Below are positions 51,281 to 60,942 of a stretch of DNA of 64,000 nt, one piece after another. Position 1 is the first letter of the stretch; each line of letters opens with the position of its first letter. Origin of the DNA: Candidatus Spongiisociaceae bacterium (lineage in GTDB: Bacteria; Actinomycetota; Acidimicrobiia; Spongiisociales; Spongiisociaceae). Under the pieces are notes generated by a model, which was given only the letters and a program-made list of their open reading frames with translations, was not told where the DNA came from and searched no databases. The stretch lies in the NCBI GenBank assembly GCA_965262915.1, contig OZ253564.1:2688001-2752000 (forward strand). The letters are read 5' to 3'. A program made the translations under genes and the position numbers.

Positions 51281-52315
51281 CTAACCGAACAATCTGCGGA
51301 CCTGGGTACCCGACCGTTTCTTGACCGCCAGCACCGACAATGCTTCCATCACCACGCGGTTGGCCGCCATCGAGGTCAGGTCGGCATGGTCGAACGGAGG
51401 GGACACCTCAACGACGTCCATACCCGCGAGATCGACCGCATTGACTACTTGCCGGACTGCCCGCAGCAGTTCTCGGGTGCTCAGCCCGCCCGGCTCGGCC
51501 GTACCCGTCCCCGGAGCGTACGCGGGATCGAGAACGTCGATGTCGACGCTGAGGTAGACGGCATCGGCGCCGTCGAGCGCTTCGTCGATCGCCTTGTCCA
51601 CGACCGCCTCGGCGCCGTGTTCCTCGATCTCGGTGATGAAATGCGATCGGAAGCCCTTCTCCTTCATCCAGGCGAGGGTCTCCCCGTCCGGCCAGTAGCC
51701 CCTGAGGCCGACCTGGACGAAGTTCGGTCCCGCTATCGCACCCGACTCCAGCAGCTTGCGCATGGGCGATCCGTGGTTGGCGATCGGTCCGGTGACCTCG
51801 CCCGTGTCGGCGTGTGCATCGAAGTGGACCATCCCGATCCTCGTCGGGTCGTTGACCTCAGCGATGGCAGTGGCTGACGGCCAGGTGATACCGTGGTCGC
51901 CTCCGAGAACGATCGGTACCGCGCCGGTTCTCGCCAGATCGCGAACCTTTCGATAGATCATCGCGTAGCCCCGTTCCAGCCACACCGGTTCGATGTTGGC
52001 GTCGCCGGCATCCACCACGTCGAGAACCTCGAAAACGTCCACGCCCAACTGGAGCGAGTAGAAGCCGCCGTAGTTGTTGTTGGCCGTGCGTATGGCCCTC
52101 GGCCCGAATCTGGCGCCCGGCCGGTATGTGCTGCCGTCATCGAGCGGCGCACCGACGATGACCGCATCCGGTGCCCGGGCGGCAACCTCCCCGATGTCCT
52201 CGACCAGAGGCAGCTTGGCGAATGTGGTAGCTCCCATGTACGCAGGCAGGGAGAAGTCCGGGCGCTCTACGAACTCCTGCTTGTCCCATCCGTGCATGTT
52301 GGCGTAATCAGCCAT
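51281..52315 (-). CDS. Agmatinase/guanidino-acid ureohydrolase family protein
   Basis: RPGARFGP, GGDH, HFDAHAD, DIDVLDP..APGTGT, DVVEVSP. Confidence 0.92.
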   Translation of the reverse strand: MADYANMHGWDKQEFVERPDFSLPAYMGATTFAKLPLVEDIGEVAARAPDAVIVGAPLDDGSTYRPGARFGPRAIRTANNNYGGFYSLQLGVDVFEVLDVVDAGDANIEPVWLERGYAMIYRKVRDLARTGAVPIVLGGDHGITWPSATAIAEVNDPTRIGMVHFDAHADTGEVTGPIANHGSPMRKLLESGAIAGPNFVQVGLRGYWPDGETLAWMKEKGFRSHFITEIEEHGAEAVVDKAIDEALDGADAVYLSVDIDVLDPAYAPGTGTAEPGGLSTRELLRAVRQVVNAVDLAGMDVVEVSPPFDHADLTSMAANRVVMEALSVLAVKKRSGTQVRRLFG

Positions 52316-52352
52316 TGCCCACCCTCCGGTTATCGCCTTCCTTGGCTCAGAT

Positions 52353-53300
52353 CTATCGTGAGACCTCGTCCAGCGCAGCCATCTGGCCTTCCGTGAGCGT
52401 CAGCGTCGTGTATTCGATCAGCGCTTCCAGTTGCTCCGGCGTGCGGGCGCTCGCTAGCACCGCCCCCACTCCCGGGCGGGCGGCTACCCACGCCAGGGCC
52501 ACGGAGGCCAGCGCGACTCCGTGGGCCCCCGACACTTCTTCCATCGCGGCGATGATGCGCCTTCCCTTGTCGGTCAGGTAGGCGGAGGCGGTTCCGGCCC
52601 GGGGGCTGTCGACCCGGTGCTCCGATGTGTATTTGCCGGTCAGGAAGCCGCATGCCAGCGCGTAGTACGGGAGGAAGGCCCATCCTTGATCCTGGGCGAC
52701 GGGGAGGGTGCTCTGTTCGACGCCCCTCTCTACCAAGCTATACATCTGCTGCAGCGCGATGGGTCGATGGAACCCGCCGGCCCGGGTGATCCGCACCCAC
52801 TCCTCCAGGCGTTCGGCTGAGTAGTTGGAGACGCCCAGATACCGCACCTTGCCCTCGTCCACCAGCTCCGACAGGGCCCCGATGGTCTCCTCGAGTGGCG
52901 TGTCGGGGTCGTCGAAGTGGGCGTAGTAGAGGTCGATGACGTCGACGCCGAGACGCCGGAGCGAGGCTTCGATCGCGGCTCTGATCGTGGCGGGCGCCAG
53001 ACCTATGTACCGGGGATGCTGGCTTACTTTGGTGGCGATCACCATGTCGTCACGATTGGCCCGTTTCTTCAGCCACCGGCCGATGATGGTCTCGGTTTCC
53101 CCTCCCTCGTTTCCGGGGGCCCACATCGGATACGAGTCTGCGGTGTCGAGGAAGTTGCCGCCGGCGGCGACGTACGCGTCCAAAACCGCGAAGGAGGTGG
53201 GCTCGTCCGCCGTCCAACTGAAGGTGTTCGTCCCCAGAGCCAGTGGATACACCTCCAGATCGGAACCTTCGAGCCTTCGTCTTTGGGGAGTGGTCGCCAA
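52353..53300 (-). CDS. Aldo/keto reductase
   Basis: LGTNTF, FLDTADSY, IATKV, IDLYYAH, GKVRYLGVSN. Confidence 0.93.
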   Translation of the reverse strand: MATTPQRRRLEGSDLEVYPLALGTNTFSWTADEPTSFAVLDAYVAAGGNFLDTADSYPMWAPGNEGGETETIIGRWLKKRANRDDMVIATKVSQHPRYIGLAPATIRAAIEASLRRLGVDVIDLYYAHFDDPDTPLEETIGALSELVDEGKVRYLGVSNYSAERLEEWVRITRAGGFHRPIALQQMYSLVERGVEQSTLPVAQDQGWAFLPYYALACGFLTGKYTSEHRVDSPRAGTASAYLTDKGRRIIAAMEEVSGAHGVALASVALAWVAARPGVGAVLASARTPEQLEALIEYTTLTLTEGQMAALDEVSR

Positions 53301-53451
53301 GGTACCTTCCTATCGTGATGTCGGGTATTCAAGCAACGGCGTGCACGATTTGGCAACAGTTCCTTCGGGCCCCGGCAGCCTGTGCGTGTGGCCCGGACGA
53401 AGTTTGGGACCTATTGGCCTGGCGACAGGACAGATCAACGAGGAGTTGAGC

Positions 53452-54078
53452 TCAACGAACTCCACCGTGGGCGACTATCGAGTCTCCGGTTAGCGGGTCC
53501 TTATCTAGGACTATCAGATCCTCGATGCGTTGGCGCAGTTCGCTTACATGCGAAACCACCACGACGAGGCGTTGGCGGCGCTCCGCCACCAACGATTCCA
53601 CGCCTTCCATGGCTAGGTCGAGATGCTCCGGGTCGAGGGTACCGAGACCCTCGTCGAGGAAGAAGGCGTCCAGCCGCCCTCCCCTGCGGCCGACCATTTC
53701 GGCCAGCCCCAGCGCGAGGGACAGCGAAGCGAGGAAGGTCTCACCACCTGAGAGGCCGTCAGCTCGGTGGATAGCGTCGGCGGAGTTGAGATCCATCACA
53801 TGGAACTGCCCGTCCTCCGTGAAGCGGTAGCGTCCGGACGAGAGGCGCTCGAAGTGGTCGGATCCCAGACCGGCCAGGACCGCCCGTTCCTCGTCGAGCA
53901 GGAACCGGATGAAGCGGGCATCGGTCAGGCCACGGACCAGTCGTCGGTTCAGGCGCACGCCGTTCTCCCGTCTTCGGCGTTCACGCAACAGCTCGACCAC
54001 GCCGGCTACCAGTTCCTCTTCCCACTCGAAGTCGGCGGCGATCTGATCCCGCCTCGCCCTGACTTCGGCCAGGGCCAC
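53452..54078 (-). pseudogene. C-terminal fragment of a second SbcC/Rad50-like ATPase
   Basis: Signature LSGGETF, FFLDEG, H-loop VVSH, but no Walker A half; 5' side ends near the IS630 end. Confidence 0.85.
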
Positions 54079-54114
54079 ATCGATCGAACTCTCGATTCCA
54101 TGTTGGGACGGTGA

Positions 54115-55013
54115 CTAGTGCCCTGTGTTGGGAATCCACTGAAGATATGCGGTGAGGTTGTTGAGTGTCTGGTCGGCGGTCTTGCGCCAGACGAACGGTT
54201 TCGTTGATGGATGCGTTGAGTTCGCGTACCGACCGGCGGGTGCCGCGTCGTCGCCGTTTGGTGGTCAGCTCGGAGAACCATTGTTCGACGGGGTTCATCC
54301 ACGAGGAATAGGTGGGTGTGTGATGGAACGTGAACGGTGGATGGCGTTGTAGCCGGCGGTTGATGGAGGCGGTTTTGTGGGTGGAGACGTTGTCGAGGAT
54401 CACATGCACATCGAGCTCCGGGGGGGGGTTCAGGTACAAACCACCACGTCGTGGACCTTATTCGACGAACTGGGGATCAGGCGAAATCTTGAAGTCCTCG
54501 GTCCGGTGCGCCTTGAGGCGGGAAGCCCGCGAAATCTTGGAGATCGACGACGCGGACAGCCCAACCGCCGCCGCCATCCTGCGGGTCGACCACTGCGTCG
54601 CTCCCCGAGGGCTCCCCTCCAAGGTCATGACCAACACCTCTTCGACTTTCTCGTTGGTGATCTTCCGCGGCGGTCCCGGCCGAGGCTGATCACAGAGCCC
54701 ATCCACACGGCGGACGGCGAAACGGTTCCGCCATCTGCCCACCGTCGTCGGATGACAACCCTGCTCCGCGGCGACATCCACATTGGCCCGACCCTGCGAC
54801 GCTTCCAACACGATCCGGCACCGCATCGCCAACGCCTGAGATGTGGTATGCCGCCGTACCCAACGCTGCAGGGTCTCCCGCTCGTCGCTGCTCAGCTCGG
54901 TCACCACCGGTTGACGCCCCCGGCTAGTACTCATCGATATCTTCTCTAATCAATAACAATCCATCTCTAACTCATACTACAAAATATGGCGATATAGAAC
55001 TACAGGACACTAG
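54115..55013 (-). mobile_element. IS630-family element, degenerate transposase
   Basis: HTH part (54458-54934: RWRNRF, PRPGPPRKI, WSTRRMA, FKISPDPQF) and DDE part (VILDNVSTHK, HTPTYSSWMN.VE.WF); inverted ends CTAGTGCCCTGT / ACAGGACACTAG. Confidence 0.85.
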
Positions 55014-55098
55014 GTGGTCACCTAAGTCAAAGGACCCCCACACCCATACACCACAAGAATGGACACTACTCGTGATCCTTGGTCTAGATTTGTGACGG

Positions 55099-56247
55099 AT
55101 GAGAGTTCTGCACACTTCGGACTGGCATGTGGGGCGTGCGATTCGCGGCAGGAGTCGGGCGGATGAGCACAGAGCGGTCCTTTCTGAGATCGTGCGCATC
55201 GGGCAGCAGTGGGAAGTTGATCTAGTCCTGGTCGCGGGCGATGTGTTTGACTCGGCGGCACCGTCACCTGAGTCGGAGCGGATTGTTTATCGGACTTTGC
55301 TTGACTTGGCCGACGTGGCGCCGGTGGTCATAGTTGCTGGCAATCACGACAATCCGCGTCGGCTGCGGGCTGTGACACCGCTCTTGAAACTCGGCCGCGT
55401 CACCTCTCTAGGCTTCGTTACGCGTCCAGAGGATGGTGGGGTGGTTGTCGGGTCCGACATCGGGTTGGGATGCCCGACTCGCGTGGCTTTGCTCCCGTGG
55501 CAAAACCAGCGCGGGATAGTGACGGCTGCTGATTTGATGTCGAAACAGGCCGATCAGACTACCTCTGACTACGCGGGTCGAATGGGTCTTATTATCAACG
55601 CTTTGTGTCAGAGTATGACTCTCGATTCGGTTAATCTGCTGGTCAGTCATCTGACTGTACATGGTGCCCGAGATGTGGGAAGCGAGAGAGCCGCCCATGT
55701 CTTCGGTTATGCCGTAGCTGCTCAGACTTTCCCTGGTCACCTCTCTTATGTGGCATTGGGTCATTTCCACCGACAGCAGCAGATCCCCGCTTCGGCACCG
55801 GTGTGGTATGCGGGATCCCCTCTTCAACTTGACTTCGGGGAAGCGGGGGAAGACAAGGGGGTTTTGGTGATTGAGGCCGAGCCGGGTCTTCCGGCGGCTG
55901 TAAATCCAGTTCGGTTAGTGTCCGGCAAGCGGCTAGTGGTGCTGCGCGGGACCCTTGACGAGGTTGTCACGGCTGCCGGGGACCATTTGGGTTCCTACAT
56001 CAAGGTGGAGATCGACGAACCCGCCCGGGCTGGGATGGCTGACGAGGTACGGGCGAGGATCCCCGGCGTGGTTGACGTGACGCTCTCTGTTGTCCACCGT
56101 CAGTCGGCCGCATCTGATGTGCCCAAGCGTGTGGGTCGTAGTCCTCGGGACCTGTTTCGCGAATACCTGTCAGAGTGTGGCATTGAGGACAAGCGGGTGA
56201 GCGAACTGTTCGACCAACTGGTGGATGAGTCCTCCGATGAGACCTAG
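55099..56247 (+). CDS. sbcD: SbcD/Mre11-like nuclease
   Basis: LHTSDWHVG, AGDVFD, AGNHD, SHL, LGHFH, YAGSPLQLDFGE. Confidence 0.95.
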   Translation: MRVLHTSDWHVGRAIRGRSRADEHRAVLSEIVRIGQQWEVDLVLVAGDVFDSAAPSPESERIVYRTLLDLADVAPVVIVAGNHDNPRRLRAVTPLLKLGRVTSLGFVTRPEDGGVVVGSDIGLGCPTRVALLPWQNQRGIVTAADLMSKQADQTTSDYAGRMGLIINALCQSMTLDSVNLLVSHLTVHGARDVGSERAAHVFGYAVAAQTFPGHLSYVALGHFHRQQQIPASAPVWYAGSPLQLDFGEAGEDKGVLVIEAEPGLPAAVNPVRLVSGKRLVVLRGTLDEVVTAAGDHLGSYIKVEIDEPARAGMADEVRARIPGVVDVTLSVVHRQSAASDVPKRVGRSPRDLFREYLSECGIEDKRVSELFDQLVDESSDET

Positions 56248-59200
56248 CCGTCTGGAACTCGAAGGATTCTCCGTGTTCGGCGAGCGCATCGTAGTCGAGT
56301 TCGGTACTGCTGACCTGTTCGTCATCACGGGTCCGACGGGTGTCGGCAAATCATCAATCCTCGATGCGATCGTTTTCGCTCTTTACGGGTCTGTCTATCG
56401 GTACGGGAAGCGAGCGGTGAAACCCGTGATCACCCAGGGGCTGCTCCAAGCTCGGGTACGCCTCGACTTCACCGTGGGTCACGATTCATACACCGTGGCC
56501 CGGCTGGTCCGCCGGAAGGGCGCAGGCGATGCGATGCTTGAGGGGGAAGGTGTCACGCTGGCCCAAGGCGCCCGGGGCGTGAACGCACGGGTGGAGAGAA
56601 CATTGGGCCTCGACTTCAATCAGTTCACTACATGCGTGGCTCTCCCACAGGGCGACTTCCATAGGTTCCTTCGGGCAAGCGCAAGGGATCGCCAAGATCT
56701 ACTGATAAAGCTGCTAGACCTCGACATATACGAACGGGTTGGTCGCCTCGCGTCTGAGAGACGTAAGTCCACAGAAGGCCGAGCGGAGGAGATAAGAGCA
56801 CAACTTCGGGCCATTGGAGACTTCCTAGAGGTGAAAGACGCCGAGGCGCGTGTCGTGAAAATCGAGTCGGTGATAGACCTGTTGGATCGGGCGGAGTCGG
56901 AGATCGAAGAACTGACTCGCAAAGAAGCTGAGGCACGAGCCGGATCCGAAGACTATCACAGGCGCAGTTCCAGACTCGCCGCGCTACGTCGACCTCAAGG
57001 CCTTGACCGATTGATGAACGACATCAGCCAGGCATGTGAAGCAGCTACCGCTGCGGAGGAAGGCAGGAAGCAGGCCATCCGCGTGGTGTTGGACGCTGAG
57101 GAGGCGCTGGCTAGGCGCTCCTCAAACGAGATCACGGTGGCTATTGACCGTCGGCGGGAGCTTAGCAACGCTGAGCAGCGACTTAGCGATGCCAGATGTG
57201 ACGCCGCAGAGGCGTTGGCTCAGCGCCAGGAAGCAGACATTGGTGCGACGGAGGCGGTTGCTAGGGCGAAGGCGGCGGATGAGGCCGCGGACGCCGTGGA
57301 AGCCCAAACCGCGGTGGCGGAGAAGGAGGCACGAGAGTTGGAAGGTCAGGACGCGGACGCGGATCGGCAAGCCTTGAAGGCGGAGGGCCGAGCCCAGATG
57401 GCCGAGAAGGACGCTGCAGAGGCGGAAGCCCGCGCGAAGGCGGTGGATGTGGCGGCCGAGGCTGAGGAGGCTCGAGCCCGTGAAGCCGAGCGAGATGTTG
57501 CAGAGGCGGAAGCCCGCGCGAAGGCGGTGGATGTGGCGGCCGAGGCTGAGGAGGCTCGAGCCCGTGAAGCCGAGCGAGATGTTGCAGAGGCGGAAGCCCG
57601 CGCGAAGGCGGTGGATGTGGCGGCCGAGGCTGAGGAGGCTCAAGCCCGTGAAGCCGAGCGAGATGCTGTGGAGCAGGAAGGTCGGGCCGCGGACGCCGAT
57701 CGAGAAGCTGTTGCGGCGGAAGGCCGGTTTGAGATAGCGGAGAAGGACGCCCGGGAGGCGGAGCGCCGGGCCGAAGACGCGGACAGAGCGGCTGAGACCA
57801 CGGCGAGTGAAGCAGAAGTAGCAGAGGAACGAGCAGCCGCAGCTGATCAGCAAGCTCGGTTAGCGAAGCGACAAACCGGGCAAGCAATAGCGGACCGAGA
57901 CGAGCGTCGGATAGAGTTGGGCCTGATTTCGGGAGAAGTGGAGTCGACGGAACCGTATCCGCTTATGACCCGACGTTTGGCCGCGACATTTGGGTTGGGG
58001 GCAGCGGTGGGCGCTGCTGCCGGGGCCATTGTGCCAGACCTAATTCATCCTGCTATCGGCGCTGCCATAGGTGCCGCTTCAGCGATTCTGTTGTCGACCC
58101 TTCTTCAGATGCGTGGCAGAAAACAGATCGCTGCCATCATGCGAGCAGCCGACGAACGCGTGAGTAACGCACGTGCGTCCACCGAAGAGGCGTTGAGTGT
58201 GGCTTATCAGGAGAGAGGAGACGCACAAGCAGCATCGGAAGCCGCGGAGCGCAGGAAAGCGGCTCTGGGTCGAGCTCAAGCAGATACGGTTCGAGTTGGG
58301 AAGCTGGCGAGCGACATGTCGATGTCCGCTGACCTGATACGACAGGACGCAACTCGCGCGCGAGCAAGGGCGCTCCAGGCCAGGGAGTCCGCTAACGGGA
58401 AAAGACGGGAAGCGGACGCGGCGGGTGACGCAGCGAGAGGGGCGCGGGCGGGTGCGGTAAGGGCGGGGGAGTTGGCGGGCGAAGTTAGGGTGTCCGCCGT
58501 GTCGGCGAGGGAGGTGGCCAAGGGTGCGCGGGCCGATGCGGTCCGGGCTAGAGAGTCCGCGGACGAAACGCGGCAGAGGTCCGATCAGGCGCAGGACGCG
58601 CTGTGTGGGGCGCGGGCGGGTGCGGTACGGGCGGGGGAGTTGGCGGGCGAAGTTAGGGTGTCCGCCGTGTCGGCGAGGGAGGTGGCCAAGGGTGCGCGGG
58701 CCGATGCGGTCCGGGCTAGAGAGTCCGCGGACGAAACGCGGCAGAGGTCCGATCAGGCGCACGATGCGGCCAGAAACGAGAGGTCCCGCGCGGCATCAGC
58801 CGCTGAGATGCTGGCTTCCGTGAGCAGCCGCGCCGAGGAGAAGGAACGTACAGTGCAAACTATCTGTGCCACGGTGGCCGACCTACGTGCAGGGCTGCGA
58901 GGTGTGGGAGATATCGGAGCGCTAGAGGTCGAACTCAGCGAAGTGGTAGCAGCGGAACAACAGTTGGTCGCGGGACGAACAGCCCAGACGGAGGCGGAGA
59001 AAGCCAAGACGAGAGCCGATCTGCAAGTTGCGAAACTCGAGCGCGAGCGAACGACCGCCGTTGGTGCGCTAAAGGAAACCTGTGGTCGGCTGGACGAACT
59101 TGGGCCACCAGAGTTCGATGTGGAGGATCCGGCCGAGGGCTGGTCCAGATTGCTCGATTGGGCGCAGGTGGCCGGGTGTGATGCGGATCGGCGTGCCGCA

Positions 59201-59917
59201 TTGTCTTCTGAGGGGGCGGACCGCTTTCTCTCCGGACGGCGCGAGTTGAGCCAGGCGCTCGAGGCTGCTTGTCGGCGCGTCAGCGTCGACACTACGGGTC
59301 GTCGGATGCGGGACGCGGTCGTGGATGCTGCCGCGCTGGCTAGGAATAACGTGGCCAGAGCGCGCGAGGGAGCCGAGGTGCGCGAACGGCTACGTGAGAT
59401 TACCGAGCAGGCTCAAGTAGTTGAAGTTCTAGCCCGTCTGATGCGTGTCAGTCGTTTTCCGAAGTGGTTGCTTGCCACAGAGCTGCAGCATTTGGCCGAC
59501 CGTACCGAACGCCGTCTCTCGGAACTCACAGGAGGTCGCTACCAACTTGCTGTTTCCTCAGATCTGGACCTCGAGATCGTCGATCACCACGCGGCGAGCG
59601 AGCGGCGTTCGGTGCAGAGCCTCTCCGGTGGTGAGACCTTCCTGGTGTCTTTGGCGTTAGCGCTGGCCTTAGCGGATCATGTGGCCGACACAGCTGAAGG
59701 TGTGACACGCCTCGAATCGCTATTCCTTGACGAGGGCTTCGGCGCGCTCGATCCGGAAACGTTAGAGGTTGTCTCCGCCGCGGTTGGGGAGCTAGGGGCG
59801 TCCGGCAAAACTGTCGGAGTGATCACGCACGTCAAGGAGTTAGCAGACCAGGTTCCGGTACGGTTCGAGGTGCGCAAGACCGCAGCCGGAGCGGAAGTCA
59901 TGAAGGTGGAGACGTGA
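56237..59917 (+). CDS. sbcC: SbcC/Rad50-like SMC ATPase with central hydrophobic hairpin
   Basis: Walker A GPTGVGKSS, Q-loop LPQGDF, long Ala/Glu/Arg coiled coil, LSGGETF, LFLDEGFG, ITH; overlaps sbcD end. Confidence 0.92.
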   Translation: MRPSRLELEGFSVFGERIVVEFGTADLFVITGPTGVGKSSILDAIVFALYGSVYRYGKRAVKPVITQGLLQARVRLDFTVGHDSYTVARLVRRKGAGDAMLEGEGVTLAQGARGVNARVERTLGLDFNQFTTCVALPQGDFHRFLRASARDRQDLLIKLLDLDIYERVGRLASERRKSTEGRAEEIRAQLRAIGDFLEVKDAEARVVKIESVIDLLDRAESEIEELTRKEAEARAGSEDYHRRSSRLAALRRPQGLDRLMNDISQACEAATAAEEGRKQAIRVVLDAEEALARRSSNEITVAIDRRRELSNAEQRLSDARCDAAEALAQRQEADIGATEAVARAKAADEAADAVEAQTAVAEKEARELEGQDADADRQALKAEGRAQMAEKDAAEAEARAKAVDVAAEAEEARAREAERDVAEAEARAKAVDVAAEAEEARAREAERDVAEAEARAKAVDVAAEAEEAQAREAERDAVEQEGRAADADREAVAAEGRFEIAEKDAREAERRAEDADRAAETTASEAEVAEERAAAADQQARLAKRQTGQAIADRDERRIELGLISGEVESTEPYPLMTRRLAATFGLGAAVGAAAGAIVPDLIHPAIGAAIGAASAILLSTLLQMRGRKQIAAIMRAADERVSNARASTEEALSVAYQERGDAQAASEAAERRKAALGRAQADTVRVGKLASDMSMSADLIRQDATRARARALQARESANGKRREADAAGDAARGARAGAVRAGELAGEVRVSAVSAREVAKGARADAVRARESADETRQRSDQAQDALCGARAGAVRAGELAGEVRVSAVSAREVAKGARADAVRARESADETRQRSDQAHDAARNERSRAASAAEMLASVSSRAEEKERTVQTICATVADLRAGLRGVGDIGALEVELSEVVAAEQQLVAGRTAQTEAEKAKTRADLQVAKLERERTTAVGALKETCGRLDELGPPEFDVEDPAEGWSRLLDWAQVAGCDADRRAALSSEGADRFLSGRRELSQALEAACRRVSVDTTGRRMRDAVVDAAALARNNVARAREGAEVRERLREITEQAQVVEVLARLMRVSRFPKWLLATELQHLADRTERRLSELTGGRYQLAVSSDLDLEIVDHHAASERRSVQSLSGGETFLVSLALALALADHVADTAEGVTRLESLFLDEGFGALDPETLEVVSAAVGELGASGKTVGVITHVKELADQVPVRFEVRKTAAGAEVMKVET
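57416..57667 (+). repeat. 3 x 84-bp in-frame tandem repeat (28 aa) in the SbcC N-terminal arm
   Basis: Units start at 57416, 57500, 57584; AEAEARAKAVDVAAEAEEARAREAERDV. Confidence 0.92.
58439..58768 (+). repeat. 2 x 168-bp in-frame tandem repeat (56 aa) in the SbcC C-terminal arm
   Basis: Units start at 58439 and 58607; GARAGAVRAGELAGEV..ETRQRSDQA. Confidence 0.92.
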
Positions 59918-60825
59918 GGTTCAGCGTTGAGACATGGTCTTCGGAGTACGGCACCCCGATGGCGTCGGATATCGTCCAATCCGACGTTGTGCCGGATGTG
60001 GGCCGTGAGGTAAGCGCCGATTATTGGTCGCCGCTCCGGCCATCGACAGATCCGGCGCGCGATGTGTTATTTGTGGACGGAGTGCGGCGCGTCGACGCAA
60101 ACCTTTGGATAGAACAATCCGGATCTGATCCAGTGCTTGGATTGTGCGCATCCTACTCTGCCGGAGCGATACGCTCAGTGCAGCACACAGCGCGCTTGGT
60201 GGCTAGCCGCGTCGAGCGGTGTCTGTTTACCGTGGCCAGGCAAGCACTGGATGTCGCCACTCGATATGGAACGTATGCCGTTCAACCAACCAAGGGAAGC
60301 ACCCCGGAGGAATTGTGGCTGGCGATACAGGACCGGATGGGACGGCTCGAGGGGCAGGTCTCAGGTGGACTTAGTGGCATGGGCCTAGTCGTTGTTGATG
60401 GTCCACTATCGCATCATCGGCATGTACCGGACGCAGTAGGGTACGTAAAGACACATCATCGTTACTATCTGCCAGAGAAGCTGCGAGGAATCCTCCCCGC
60501 GCTTCCTGCCGGATGCCGTACCCCGCTGTTTTTCCTCGGAAACGGAACCTACCGCTGGTCTTGGTACCTGCGTGTCGCTCAGGGTGCCGGACCGATGGGT
60601 GGGATAGTGAGATGCGAATTGGCAGCAGATCGGGCTGTCACCGATGCAGCGCGGATGGCCGATCTGGTGACCGCTACCCTGCCCAGATACGCGTCCGAGG
60701 AACACAAGGATCCTAGAGCACCTCAGAACCTCTATCCGGTGGGGGCTCTGGAGCGGCAGCTACACCACCGGATGGGAGACCAGCAGCTACTGTTCCGAGC
60801 GTTGCGCCAGGCAGCAATCGGATAG
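59914..60825 (+). CDS. NurA-like nuclease
   Basis: LFVDGVRR, VVVDGPL, GYVKTH, PRAPQNLYP..ALE; GTGA overlap with sbcC. Confidence 0.8.
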   Translation: MRFSVETWSSEYGTPMASDIVQSDVVPDVGREVSADYWSPLRPSTDPARDVLFVDGVRRVDANLWIEQSGSDPVLGLCASYSAGAIRSVQHTARLVASRVERCLFTVARQALDVATRYGTYAVQPTKGSTPEELWLAIQDRMGRLEGQVSGGLSGMGLVVVDGPLSHHRHVPDAVGYVKTHHRYYLPEKLRGILPALPAGCRTPLFFLGNGTYRWSWYLRVAQGAGPMGGIVRCELAADRAVTDAARMADLVTATLPRYASEEHKDPRAPQNLYPVGALERQLHHRMGDQQLLFRALRQAAIG

Positions 60826-60942
60826 CCTTGCACACAGCATCCGACTACGCCGGGTTCGAAATCAAGAGATGGCCCTTCTGCTTACACCTTCAACAAAGTA
60901 ACCGCTCAGTTCTCTTTCTACAACGCCAGCGGGTGTCCGTCT

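Noticed and set aside
57416-57667. Regular repeats as a possible CRISPR array
   Set aside because: Contiguous in-frame 84-bp units with no unique spacers and no cas genes
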